A program made the translations under genes and the position numbers. From Halalkalibacterium halodurans (GTDB lineage Bacteria; Bacillota; Bacilli; Bacillales; Bacillaceae_D): a stretch of DNA of 32,000 bases. The notes below the pieces were generated by a model. It saw only the letters and a program-made list of their open reading frames with translations, was not told the DNA's origin and did no database searches. The stretch covers positions 31,213-63,212 of the forward strand of contig NZ_SNUY01000007.1 in assembly GCF_004376175.1 (NCBI RefSeq), given 5' to 3'. Below are positions 16,066 through 24,301 of the stretch, in pieces. Position 1 is the first letter of the stretch, and the number at the start of each line of letters is the position of its first letter.

Positions 16066-18333
16066 TTACGCGTAAATTCCGTTCAACTCCCAAACGACCA
16101 TCGACTCCACCACAAGAGCTTCGTCCCCAAAGAGCGATAGCCCCTTTGCGCTCCCCAATGTAGGGTATACTCGTGTCGTTAAACTTTTCACGTCATTCAT
16201 ATACGCTTCAACGAGAGACTTATCTAAAAACACTCGCAGCCGAAGCGGTTCATTTTTGGCAATGCCTGTCGCTCCACCTTGAACTCCCTTTGTTTTTTCA
16301 TGCTGATCAAGCGTGGTCTTACTACGATCGACGAAAAAAGCTTGGGTGGAGAAGTCATAATAAAGCAACGTCTCCTCCTTACGATCATCGGACTGACGGA
16401 CGTACAAGCCGCAGCACCCTTCCTCTCGGGCTTGAAACGTCACTTGAATTTCCAACATATCACCTGAGATTTCTTTTAATTCTTGATTGACGGCAGCAAC
16501 CGTTTTCTGACTCACGTCAAGTAATTTCCTTTTACGAAGAGTCTCTACTTCTATGATCGGCCTGAATTTTAGCCGATCATCTCCCGCCAAGTAAAGCTCA
16601 ACAGGCAACCCGCCATTGTGGGCCCAACCCGAAGCGTATTCATACTCGATCGGCCGTTCCCCTTGAGCAATCGTAAAAAGGATGAGGCGTCCAGTCTTTG
16701 GATCGATCATCGCCGAAGGTCCGGTAAAGTGAAAATCACCTAAATCAAATAGCTGCGGCTCTTCCTCGTCAGGGAGAAACCGTCCGTTTTCACGATCCCA
16801 CGTCCCGATCCAGTAAAAAACCTCCACATCTGCCTCATCCCCTATCGGACTAATGATGAAAATGTGCTTTTCTTTCCCGCGACTATCGGTTCCGAGCGGA
16901 AGCAAAATCGGGAGCTCCCACACCCTCCCTAAAAAAGGGTACTTCGCTCGATCACTTATGTAGAGGGGGCCTTTAAACGTCCATTCATATAAATCGTCTG
17001 ATTCAAATAACAGCGCTGTTCCACCCCGGCCGTTCATACCAGAGCCGACTAGTTGGTACCAGATCGCCCCTTCTTTCCAAACAAACGGATCGCGAAATCC
17101 ATCGTCATCTAAATCGAACCCTTCTGGCTGAATCAATACAGGCTCTGAGTGCTTTATCCATTTCTTGAGCTCTATGTCGCCATCTTGCTTCACGGTACTT
17201 CGCGCTAAGCCGATCCGCTGATTCGGAAGACAGCGATTGTCACCAGCAGTAAAAAATAAAACCGGAACACCTTCTTCATCGTAATGGGCACATCCTGACC
17301 ACGTTCCATCAGGGTCCACATGATCTTTTTCAGGTGAAAGGGCAACAGGCAGATCCCGCCAATGGATCAAATCCTCACTAATCCAATGACCCCAATGAAT
17401 GTTTCCCCAATACGGTCCTTGTGGATTGTGCTGATAAAAAAGGTGATACCGCCCTTTATAGTAAAGCGGGGCATGGGGTTCATTCATCCAGTGTCCCGGC
17501 GGTGAAAGGTGATATTGCGGTCGATGGACATCGGATCCAAACTCCTCACGCTGAATCGCCATATCCTTTTCAGCAATTTCCGGGATTTGCCCATCATAAA
17601 TAGACAAATACGCTCGCCATTCCTTAAGAAGTTCTTCTTCCGTTAACGCTCGGCTATATATGCGGACATCATCGATCAAGCCACTAAACATCCCGAGTGA
17701 AAACGTGTCCTCGATCATCTTCGGATCATTGTGCTTCCCAATGAGCAAATCCGTATCGGCGCAAGCAATCGGAATGCCTTTCTCTCCGTATGTGTTCGCC
17801 ACTTGTGTTCCATTTAAGTAGAGAGCCATAAAGCCGTCGGTAGGATCATAGGTGGCCGCAACGTGCGTCCATTCGTTTTTCGGCACGGTGATCTCCCTGC
17901 TAGAAACTTTCAACCAGCCCTTCGCTAATCCGACGTGAAATGCCACCACGCCATGGGGTTGAAAGCCAAGGATGAATCCTGTCTTATCCTTCGGTACATG
18001 CTGATTAACGAGCGCTGCCATTACATCGTCATCAATGCCGCCATAGGAATGGGGGGCGACCCAAACGGATATGGTGAGCCCCTCTTTTAAAGGGGGGAAT
18101 GCCTCCTTCTTCCTTCTCACATATGTTGAATACCCATCAAACCACAACGAATGCCCGCGAATCCCCTGTCGTCGTTTAATCGTTCGACTAGGCTGAAACA
18201 CAGCCTGCTGGAACACGTGATGAACCGCGTCTTCGATGTGTTGAACCTTATCTCGCGTAACGTGCCCTTCTCGTTCGTTAAACGGCCAATGGGCCAAAAG
18301 GGCATGATCAATTAAACCTGCTTCACCTCTCAC
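16066..18333 (-). CDS. Cytoplasmic LamG-domain GH32 enzyme with a non-canonical WMNEP motif
   Basis: No signal peptide is present. The LamG domain reads SLWFDGYSTYVRR...ISVWVAPHSY...LYLNGTQVA...FSGLIDDVRIY. The GH32 motifs are RPQYHLSPPGHWMNEPHAPLYYKGRYHLFYQHNP, WSGCA, FRDPFVW and VWELPI. The start is probably GTG 18333, with GGAGGGG 6 nt upstream; the ATG at 18348 in the ORF track has no SD and forms part of that SD. Confidence 0.85.
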   Translation of the reverse strand: MRGEAGLIDHALLAHWPFNEREGHVTRDKVQHIEDAVHHVFQQAVFQPSRTIKRRQGIRGHSLWFDGYSTYVRRKKEAFPPLKEGLTISVWVAPHSYGGIDDDVMAALVNQHVPKDKTGFILGFQPHGVVAFHVGLAKGWLKVSSREITVPKNEWTHVAATYDPTDGFMALYLNGTQVANTYGEKGIPIACADTDLLIGKHNDPKMIEDTFSLGMFSGLIDDVRIYSRALTEEELLKEWRAYLSIYDGQIPEIAEKDMAIQREEFGSDVHRPQYHLSPPGHWMNEPHAPLYYKGRYHLFYQHNPQGPYWGNIHWGHWISEDLIHWRDLPVALSPEKDHVDPDGTWSGCAHYDEEGVPVLFFTAGDNRCLPNQRIGLARSTVKQDGDIELKKWIKHSEPVLIQPEGFDLDDDGFRDPFVWKEGAIWYQLVGSGMNGRGGTALLFESDDLYEWTFKGPLYISDRAKYPFLGRVWELPILLPLGTDSRGKEKHIFIISPIGDEADVEVFYWIGTWDRENGRFLPDEEEPQLFDLGDFHFTGPSAMIDPKTGRLILFTIAQGERPIEYEYASGWAHNGGLPVELYLAGDDRLKFRPIIEVETLRKRKLLDVSQKTVAAVNQELKEISGDMLEIQVTFQAREEGCCGLYVRQSDDRKEETLLYYDFSTQAFFVDRSKTTLDQHEKTKGVQGGATGIAKNEPLRLRVFLDKSLVEAYMNDVKSLTTRVYPTLGSAKGLSLFGDEALVVESMVVWELNGIYA

Positions 18334-18360
18334 AAGCTTCCCCTCCATCTTTCATATAAA

Positions 18361-18388
18361 AGCCGGAACAGTAGATTCAGCTCCGGCT
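18361..18388 (-). terminator. Terminator-like hairpin immediately upstream of the cytoplasmic LamG-GH32 start
   Basis: The minus strand reads AGCCGGA-gctgaatctactgt-TCCGGCT followed by TTTTATAT. The 7-bp stem ends 12 nt before ATG 18348. It shares a 14-mer with the hairpin at 18453-18520. Confidence 0.45.
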
Positions 18389-18452
18389 CATAGACTTGCT
18401 GCTTATAAAACGAACCTTTAATCAGTGGGCGTTGAGTGAATCAGGACATTAG

Positions 18453-18520
18453 CGTCCGTTATCTCCCGCCTAAATAGATTCAGCTCCGCTCTCTATTTTG
18501 AGGCGGGAGTTTTACGGACG
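18453..18520 (-). terminator. Long three-tier stem-loop directly after the solute-binding-protein stop codon
   Basis: There are nested pairings: CGTCCGT/ACGGACG (18453-59 with 18514-20), CTCCCGCC/GGCGGGAG (18463-70 with 18502-09) and AAATAGA/TCTATTT (18472-78 with 18492-98). It starts 2 nt after the stop at 18522. This resembles the mRNA-stabilising or attenuating hairpins often found after SBP genes. Confidence 0.5.
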
Positions 18521-18521
18521 G

Positions 18522-20126
18522 TTATTGTGATAAATTTTCGTTAAAACGATCGAGGCCCTCTTGATAAATCTCCATTAATTCATCAAGCCCCATTCTCTCA
18601 AGCTGGTTCACATACGAATCCCATTCTTCCTCAACTCCGCCATTTAACAACCAAAGGGCTTGTTGCTGATTCACGAAATCTAAAATTTCCATTTCCAAAC
18701 GGTTGATGCGGTCAAGCTCTTCCTCCGTGAAAAAGATATCTGGGTAATTCTCTTCCACTAAATAAGGAGCATACACTTCTTCAATGTCGTTCAGACGCTG
18801 CTTCGCACGCGGTTCCATATCGACAACCGTTCCAAAGTGCTCAGCTAGTACGACCGTCGGACCGTTCGGTGCTACTTTTTGCCGCAGTTCGCCCATCGCA
18901 ACGCCTTCGTCTAGCTCTTTATTGACGAGCATCCCCTTTTCATCTTCCTCATAAATGATCCCGATCGGACCCCAACTTATTTGCGCGGACATCTTCGGAT
19001 CATAGAGCTGATCGACCCAGCGCATCGTAATTTCCGGATGCTTGTTCGCAGATGTAATCACGAACGCGCCTCTATCGTATTCGGAGTAATTCGATCGACC
19101 GACCATTTGATGACCATTTGGCCCTTCTAACGGTGGTAAGAGCACATAGTCGTCCGCACGCTCCGGCCCAACAATTTCCTCTGTCTCCCACCAAATGTAG
19201 GCACCTAGCGTTGGTGGGTTCGTCTTCCCTTTAGCAAAATATTGACTGACATCATGGGTAAATGCTTCTGGATCAATTAGCCCTTCATCCACCCAATCGT
19301 GGAAATAGGCAATCGCTTCTTTATACTCTGGCTGAACAGCAGTAAAAATGACATTACCGTCGCGAACGATACGATGATCCACATTATCTGGAATCCCGAA
19401 GGCGGCAAACATATCGCCGAAGTTCCCTGTCCAGTGATTGTGCATAAAGCTAAAAGGAATGACATCCTTCTTTCCAGTGCCATTCGGATCTTCATCGCGA
19501 AAGGCACGGAGCACATCCCCAAGTTCATCAAGGGTGGTCGGCATCTCAAGTCCTAGCTCATCTAACCAAGCTTTGTTGATCGATGTAAAGTTCGGGACCG
19601 CGGCTAATCCCATCTCTTCCGCTTTCGGCAACGAATAAATGTGGCCATCAGGAGCCGTTACCATACTTTTTAGCTCTGGGCGTTGCTCAAAGATGGCTTG
19701 CAGGTTTGGCGCGTACTCCTCAATTAAATCTTCTAACGGGATGATCGTACCTGCTTGACCGTATTTGACAATCTCATGATCGGAAAACTCAGCATTGTAA
19801 AAAGCATCGGGGAGATCGTTGCTCGCAAGCATTAAATTTTTTCGTTCTTCATAGCCATCACCAGGGATATTATCCCAAGCGATATGGACATTGGTCATCT
19901 CCTCTAACGATTGAATGATTTCCATTTCATTAAAATCTGGTGCTAATGGCGCTTTTGGTGACACAAACTTTAACGTGACTTTTTCATCGACGATCGGCAA
20001 TCCCTCTCGATGAAACTCATGGGCTCCTTCACCGTCGCCCTCCTGACTGCCAGTGCTGTTTGAACACGCGATCACCCCTACCATCAGTGCCATGATTAGT
20101 AAACATACAGCTAATCGTTTTCTCAT
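18522..20126 (-). CDS. ABC transporter extracellular solute-binding lipoprotein (LplA/family-1 sugar SBP), probable fructo-oligosaccharide binder
   Basis: A lipoprotein signal with lipobox is present (MRKRLAVCLLIMALMVGVIAC/SNS). At ~530 aa it is the size typical of LplA/YtcQ-type SBPs. AAGGGGG lies 9 nt before the ATG. It sits in an operon with two CUT1 permeases. Confidence 0.85.
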   Translation of the reverse strand: MRKRLAVCLLIMALMVGVIACSNSTGSQEGDGEGAHEFHREGLPIVDEKVTLKFVSPKAPLAPDFNEMEIIQSLEEMTNVHIAWDNIPGDGYEERKNLMLASNDLPDAFYNAEFSDHEIVKYGQAGTIIPLEDLIEEYAPNLQAIFEQRPELKSMVTAPDGHIYSLPKAEEMGLAAVPNFTSINKAWLDELGLEMPTTLDELGDVLRAFRDEDPNGTGKKDVIPFSFMHNHWTGNFGDMFAAFGIPDNVDHRIVRDGNVIFTAVQPEYKEAIAYFHDWVDEGLIDPEAFTHDVSQYFAKGKTNPPTLGAYIWWETEEIVGPERADDYVLLPPLEGPNGHQMVGRSNYSEYDRGAFVITSANKHPEITMRWVDQLYDPKMSAQISWGPIGIIYEEDEKGMLVNKELDEGVAMGELRQKVAPNGPTVVLAEHFGTVVDMEPRAKQRLNDIEEVYAPYLVEENYPDIFFTEEELDRINRLEMEILDFVNQQQALWLLNGGVEEEWDSYVNQLERMGLDELMEIYQEGLDRFNENLSQ

Positions 20127-20155
20127 TTACATGCGCCCCCTTTTTATATCGTTTG

Positions 20156-20767
20156 CTATCCTTGAAACCCGTCGTATGCTGCCCCTACATTTTTGAACGC
20201 TTCATAACAAAGAACATAAATCGCATAACACGTAAAGCTCGTCATGAACACCATCAATACAGGGATCTGATAAATGAAATATCCAGCTAAAACGATAACG
20301 CCCACGCTTAAGCTTGTATATTTAAGTTGACTTGTCGCGATCAAAAACGCATTGCGAACTAAATGCACGACCGGCAAGTCAAAATGAACAATAACCGGAA
20401 ATAAATACACCGTTGTAAAGCTGAAAAGGATCAACATGAAGCCAATAAGTACTGTGACACCGAAACCGCCAATGGATTCCATTGGCTTTAACAATGGTAG
20501 ATTGGCAAATAAAAGTCCCGCAAGCGGTAGCCACACCAAGGTGAGACCGATACTGACTTTCACGTTTTTTCGACAATGGTGAATAAATGGCTTCAGCACA
20601 TTCGTTTCTTTTTTCATATGCCAATCACGAAGTACACCAAACATTGCTAATGTAGCCGGAACGAATGTAATAACAGGCAAGCAAGCAAGAAGCCATAACA
20701 AGTTCAAAAGAAAGAAATTCACGCAGCGTTCTACTAGTTGATAGAGCTTGGAATCTAACAAACTCAT
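20156..20767 (-). CDS. YesL-family (DUF624) integral membrane protein
   Basis: The N-terminus (SKLYQLVERCVNFFLLNLLWLLACLPVITFVPATLAMFGVLRDW) is the characteristic DUF624 signature. It has ~5-6 TM segments and AAGGAGAG 7 nt upstream. This protein type commonly accompanies LplABC-type sugar importers. Confidence 0.75.
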   Translation of the reverse strand: MSLLDSKLYQLVERCVNFFLLNLLWLLACLPVITFVPATLAMFGVLRDWHMKKETNVLKPFIHHCRKNVKVSIGLTLVWLPLAGLLFANLPLLKPMESIGGFGVTVLIGFMLILFSFTTVYLFPVIVHFDLPVVHLVRNAFLIATSQLKYTSLSVGVIVLAGYFIYQIPVLMVFMTSFTCYAIYVLCYEAFKNVGAAYDGFQG

Positions 20768-20794
20768 TAGTCATCTCTCCTTATATGGCAGGAC

Positions 20795-21691
20795 TTAACC
20801 TTTAATCCCACCAATCATGACGCCTTGAACGAAGTATTTTTGCACAAACGGATAGACGATGAGAAGTGGCAAACTTCCGACGATAATCACCCCGTATTTA
20901 ATCAAATCAGCAATTCGTTGTTGGGCAGCCATCGACTCTAAGTCGCCGACCATCGTGGCCGCAGCCTCATTTTGGATTAGAATGTTCCGCAAAATGAGTT
21001 GAAGCGGGTACAGGCTTTCATCGTTTAAATAGACGAGAGCATCAAAGTACGAATTCCAATGTCCAACCGCATAGAACAGAACCATGACAGCAATAATGGG
21101 CTTCGACAAAGGTAAGACAATCTTCGTGAAAAACTTCGTATTGGAGCATCCATCAACCTTTGCGGCCTCTAGCATTTCCTGCGGGATCGTCGCCTGGAAG
21201 AACGTCCTTGCGACGATAATATTCCAAATCGCCACCGCCTTCGGAATGATCATCGCCCACATCGTGTTGACCATCCCAAGGTTTTGGACAACCAAGTAAG
21301 TCGGAATCAAGCCACCTGAGAAAAACATCGTAAACACGAACATCATCATGAAAAACGTGCGACCGTAAAAGTCTTTGCGTGACAAAGCATAGGCTGCTGT
21401 TAACGTCAGGCTGACATTAAGAGCAGTACCGAGCACCGTGTAGATAATCGTATTTTTATAACCGGTCCAAATTTTCCCGTCTTGGAAAATACGGGAATAC
21501 CCTTCGAACGTAATCTCCACCGGGTAGAGCCACACATCCCCAGCAAAAATGCGATCGGGATTGCTGATAGAGGCAATGACGATAAAATAGAGCGGGTAAA
21601 GAACCGCAAGCAACATGAGCGTTAAAAGCGTGATGTTGATCACATCAAACAGTTTGTCTTCCTTTGATCGTCTAATTGTGGACAAGCTCAT
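20795..21691 (-). CDS. Carbohydrate ABC transporter permease (LplC/MalG-like, CUT1)
   Basis: The start is taken as ATG 21691 (AAAGGAGGGTGG 6 nt upstream; MSLSTIRRSKEDKLFDVINI...). The ORF-track start at 21754 would overlap the upstream gene by 47 nt. The EAA-loop region reads EAAKVDGCSNTKFFTKIVLPLSKP, and there are 6 TM segments. Confidence 0.9.
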   Translation of the reverse strand: MSLSTIRRSKEDKLFDVINITLLTLMLLAVLYPLYFIVIASISNPDRIFAGDVWLYPVEITFEGYSRIFQDGKIWTGYKNTIIYTVLGTALNVSLTLTAAYALSRKDFYGRTFFMMMFVFTMFFSGGLIPTYLVVQNLGMVNTMWAMIIPKAVAIWNIIVARTFFQATIPQEMLEAAKVDGCSNTKFFTKIVLPLSKPIIAVMVLFYAVGHWNSYFDALVYLNDESLYPLQLILRNILIQNEAAATMVGDLESMAAQQRIADLIKYGVIIVGSLPLLIVYPFVQKYFVQGVMIGGIKG

Positions 21692-21707
21692 CTTTTTCCA
21701 CCCTCCT

Positions 21708-22703
21708 TTACCATAAGCCGCTACCTGAAAGGCGTTTGGCGACTCGATTGACATACCATAGCAGGAAGAGATTAATCACGGCATTAAATAAACCGACAGC
21801 AGCGGCAAAGCTATACTGTGCTTGCTGAAGACCGACCTTATAAACATAGGTTGGGATGATTTCAGATGCACTTTGATTCAGCGGTGTCTGCAGCAAATAC
21901 GCTTTTTCAAATCCAATATTCATGATGTTTCCAACGGATAAGACGAGCAAAATCACCGCAATCGGGAGGATGGCTGGTATATCGACGTGAAGAATCCGTT
22001 GAAACTTGTTTGCACCGTCCATTATCGCGGCCTCATGAACCTCAGGATTTACCGCGGCAAGGGCAGCTAAATAAATAATCGCGGCCCAGCCTGTTTCCTG
22101 CCAAAGACTTGAACCAACGTAGAGCGGTTTAAACCACGACGCCTCTGCCAAAAAGCGAATCGGCTCCACGCCTACTAGCATTAAAAAGTTGTTCACTAAT
22201 CCATTATTCGAGAAAAACACGTAGGCCATCCCGACTAACACTACGACGGAGATGAAATGCGGCGCATAAATGACCGTTTGGACAAATTTTTTATACCGTT
22301 TGAACACCAATTGATTCAGCATTAACGCAACAATGATCGGCGTCGGGAAAGTTAGAATTAATTGCAACGCACTTAAGGAAAAGGTGTTATACATTAGATC
22401 CCAAAATTGATATGACTCAAAAAAACGGATAAAATGTTCAAGCCCTACCCACGGACTTCCGGTAATCCCTAGGCCCGGGGAGTAGTCACGAAAGGCAATT
22501 TGCACGCCGTACATCGGAATATAGTGAAAGACAATAAAGTAAACTAGCGTAGGCAGCAGGAACAAATAAAGCTCCCAATTTTGTTTGATTTGTTTCCAGC
22601 GCTTATTTTTCTGTCGTCTTGTTGGCTTAGAGTTGTTCACTGGGTGCAAAGGAACTTGTGGCGGCTGCTGCGAGAAGGTTTGTTTCTTTGCTGCTGGCTC
22701 CAC
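21708..22703 (-). CDS. Carbohydrate ABC transporter permease (LplB/MalF-like, CUT1)
   Basis: The EAA loop reads EAAIMDGANKFQRILHVDIPAILP, and there are 6 TM segments. A basic N-terminal extension (...RRQKNKRWKQIKQNWELYLFLLP) is typical of LplB/YtcP-type permeases. The start is probably GTG 22703, with AAAAAGGAGGG 8 nt upstream; the TTG at 22730 in the ORF track contains that SD. Confidence 0.85.
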   Translation of the reverse strand: MEPAAKKQTFSQQPPQVPLHPVNNSKPTRRQKNKRWKQIKQNWELYLFLLPTLVYFIVFHYIPMYGVQIAFRDYSPGLGITGSPWVGLEHFIRFFESYQFWDLMYNTFSLSALQLILTFPTPIIVALMLNQLVFKRYKKFVQTVIYAPHFISVVVLVGMAYVFFSNNGLVNNFLMLVGVEPIRFLAEASWFKPLYVGSSLWQETGWAAIIYLAALAAVNPEVHEAAIMDGANKFQRILHVDIPAILPIAVILLVLSVGNIMNIGFEKAYLLQTPLNQSASEIIPTYVYKVGLQQAQYSFAAAVGLFNAVINLFLLWYVNRVAKRLSGSGLW

Positions 22704-22754
22704 GGCGCCTTCCCTCCTTTTTTTCTTCAAAGTCTCAAATACGCGCTTTGATTT

Positions 22755-22774
22755 AAACGATTACGTAAACGTTT
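22755..22774. promoter_or_regulatory. 20-bp palindromic operator copy 3 (AAACGATTACGTAAACGTTT), internal to the operon
   Basis: It is a near-perfect inverted repeat around TACGTA. It abuts the GH32 stop codon (22775) and lies ~50 nt upstream of the permease start. The same box occurs at 25313-25332 and 26406-26425. Confidence 0.6.
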
Positions 22775-24289
22775 TTATTTCCTCCCTGTCACGTGCTCCC
22801 ACGTGCTCTGCAACGCATAAAGCTCTAACGAAACTAACCTCACCTCTCCCCCTTTCACATAAAATTCCATAGCCTTGCTATCATCTTCTGGGAAAATCAA
22901 ATCGGTTATGACCACTTCGCCATCGTTTAAAAAAAGCTCAACAGAAGATTTATCCACAAAGATGTGGAACGTCACACAGCCTGTTTCTCCTTTCACCTGT
23001 ATTGAATGCCGACCTTTAAACGCCTGATGGAACTCGCTCTCACCTGAATGTTCACGATCGACAAACACTTGCTGATCATTCGTCCGATAGCCGATAATAG
23101 TTCCCTGATCGTGACCAGAGGATTTCCTCACGTTAAAGCCAAATTCTGAGGCGGTGAGATTTTCGACTGTTGCGACAATTTCAAATACATTTTCCGCTTG
23201 ATTGGCTAGCACATTCACCGTCTCATCCACCATTTCATTTTCTATCACGAGCTTGCTCTGACGGAGGGTACGCAATTCGGCAATCGGCTGTTGCACCAAT
23301 GTAATGTCTCCATTGACCGTTTCTCGAAGCCCCACTTCACGAGGAATTGACATCGCGCTCCTCCACGGGTTAGTCGGCAATTCATTGGCATATGTCCAAT
23401 CGCTCATCCACGCGAGCCATATTCGCCTGCCGTCCGCACTTGGTAGATCGGAAAACGACTGAGCTGCGTAAAAATCCCGTCCGTAATCGACCCATAACGT
23501 TTCAGATGCCGGACGATCATTGGTAAAGGACACGCCGTCAAACTCGCCGATAAAATATTGACCACCGGAACCGCCTGCAATCGCCCCTGCGCCTAAATCC
23601 ACTTGCAGCACCCATTTTTTCTTTGCATGATTCCCGTCGACTGGAAGCGGGAAAAGGTCTGGGCATTCCCACACACCACCATGGGCACCGTCTGTACTAC
23701 CGAATTCGCTCAAGTAATCCCACTCGATAAGATTTTTCGAGCCGTACAGCATCACTTTTTGTCCTGCCGCTACCACCATGACCCACTTGTTCGTGTCATC
23801 GTGCCAAAACACTTTTGGGTCGCGAAAATCCTTTTCTTCTCCATTGGTGAGCACCGGATTGCCGTCATACTTCTGCCATGTTCGGCCTTTGTCCTGGCTA
23901 TATGCAAGACTCTGAGATTGTATCCCCAGTTGTTCATCGTGGTGGGTAAAAATGGCGACAAGTCCCTCACCACCAGTGAATAGTCCTGACGTATTCTCCC
24001 AATCGACAACAACACTCCCTGAAAAAATCATTCCATACTCATCGGGCTCCAAGGCAATCGGCAGGTGCTCCCACCTTAGCAGATCTTGGCTCACGGCGTG
24101 ACCCCAATGCATCGGTCCCCATTTCCGGCCATTCGGATGGTACTGATAAAACAAATGATATTCACCCGCATAATAGACGAGCCCATTCGGGTCATTCATC
24201 CAATTCTCCTCGGGGGTAAAATGAAATTGCGGTCGGTACTTTTCCGTATAATCGCTCACTCTATCTGTCGGTCTTTTTACATTTGGCAC
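22775..24289 (-). CDS. Cytoplasmic canonical GH32 beta-fructofuranosidase / exo-fructanase (SacA/BfrA-like)
   Basis: No signal peptide is present. Motifs are YRPQFHFTPEENWMNDPNGLVYYAGEYHLFYQYHP, FSGS, FRDPKVFW and VWECPDLFPLP, with a C-terminal GH32 beta-sandwich. The start is probably GTG 24289, with GAGGAG 8 nt upstream; the ORF-track GTG at 24298 abuts the SD. Confidence 0.9.
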   Translation of the reverse strand: MPNVKRPTDRVSDYTEKYRPQFHFTPEENWMNDPNGLVYYAGEYHLFYQYHPNGRKWGPMHWGHAVSQDLLRWEHLPIALEPDEYGMIFSGSVVVDWENTSGLFTGGEGLVAIFTHHDEQLGIQSQSLAYSQDKGRTWQKYDGNPVLTNGEEKDFRDPKVFWHDDTNKWVMVVAAGQKVMLYGSKNLIEWDYLSEFGSTDGAHGGVWECPDLFPLPVDGNHAKKKWVLQVDLGAGAIAGGSGGQYFIGEFDGVSFTNDRPASETLWVDYGRDFYAAQSFSDLPSADGRRIWLAWMSDWTYANELPTNPWRSAMSIPREVGLRETVNGDITLVQQPIAELRTLRQSKLVIENEMVDETVNVLANQAENVFEIVATVENLTASEFGFNVRKSSGHDQGTIIGYRTNDQQVFVDREHSGESEFHQAFKGRHSIQVKGETGCVTFHIFVDKSSVELFLNDGEVVITDLIFPEDDSKAMEFYVKGGEVRLVSLELYALQSTWEHVTGRK

Positions 24290-24301
24290 CGTACCCACTC
24301 C

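Noticed and set aside
22731-22754. TCAAAGCGCGTATTTGA as a third cre site upstream of the permease gene.
   Set aside because: It has three mismatches to the cre consensus, including the TG and the distal C. It is more likely part of the flank of the adjacent 20-bp operator.
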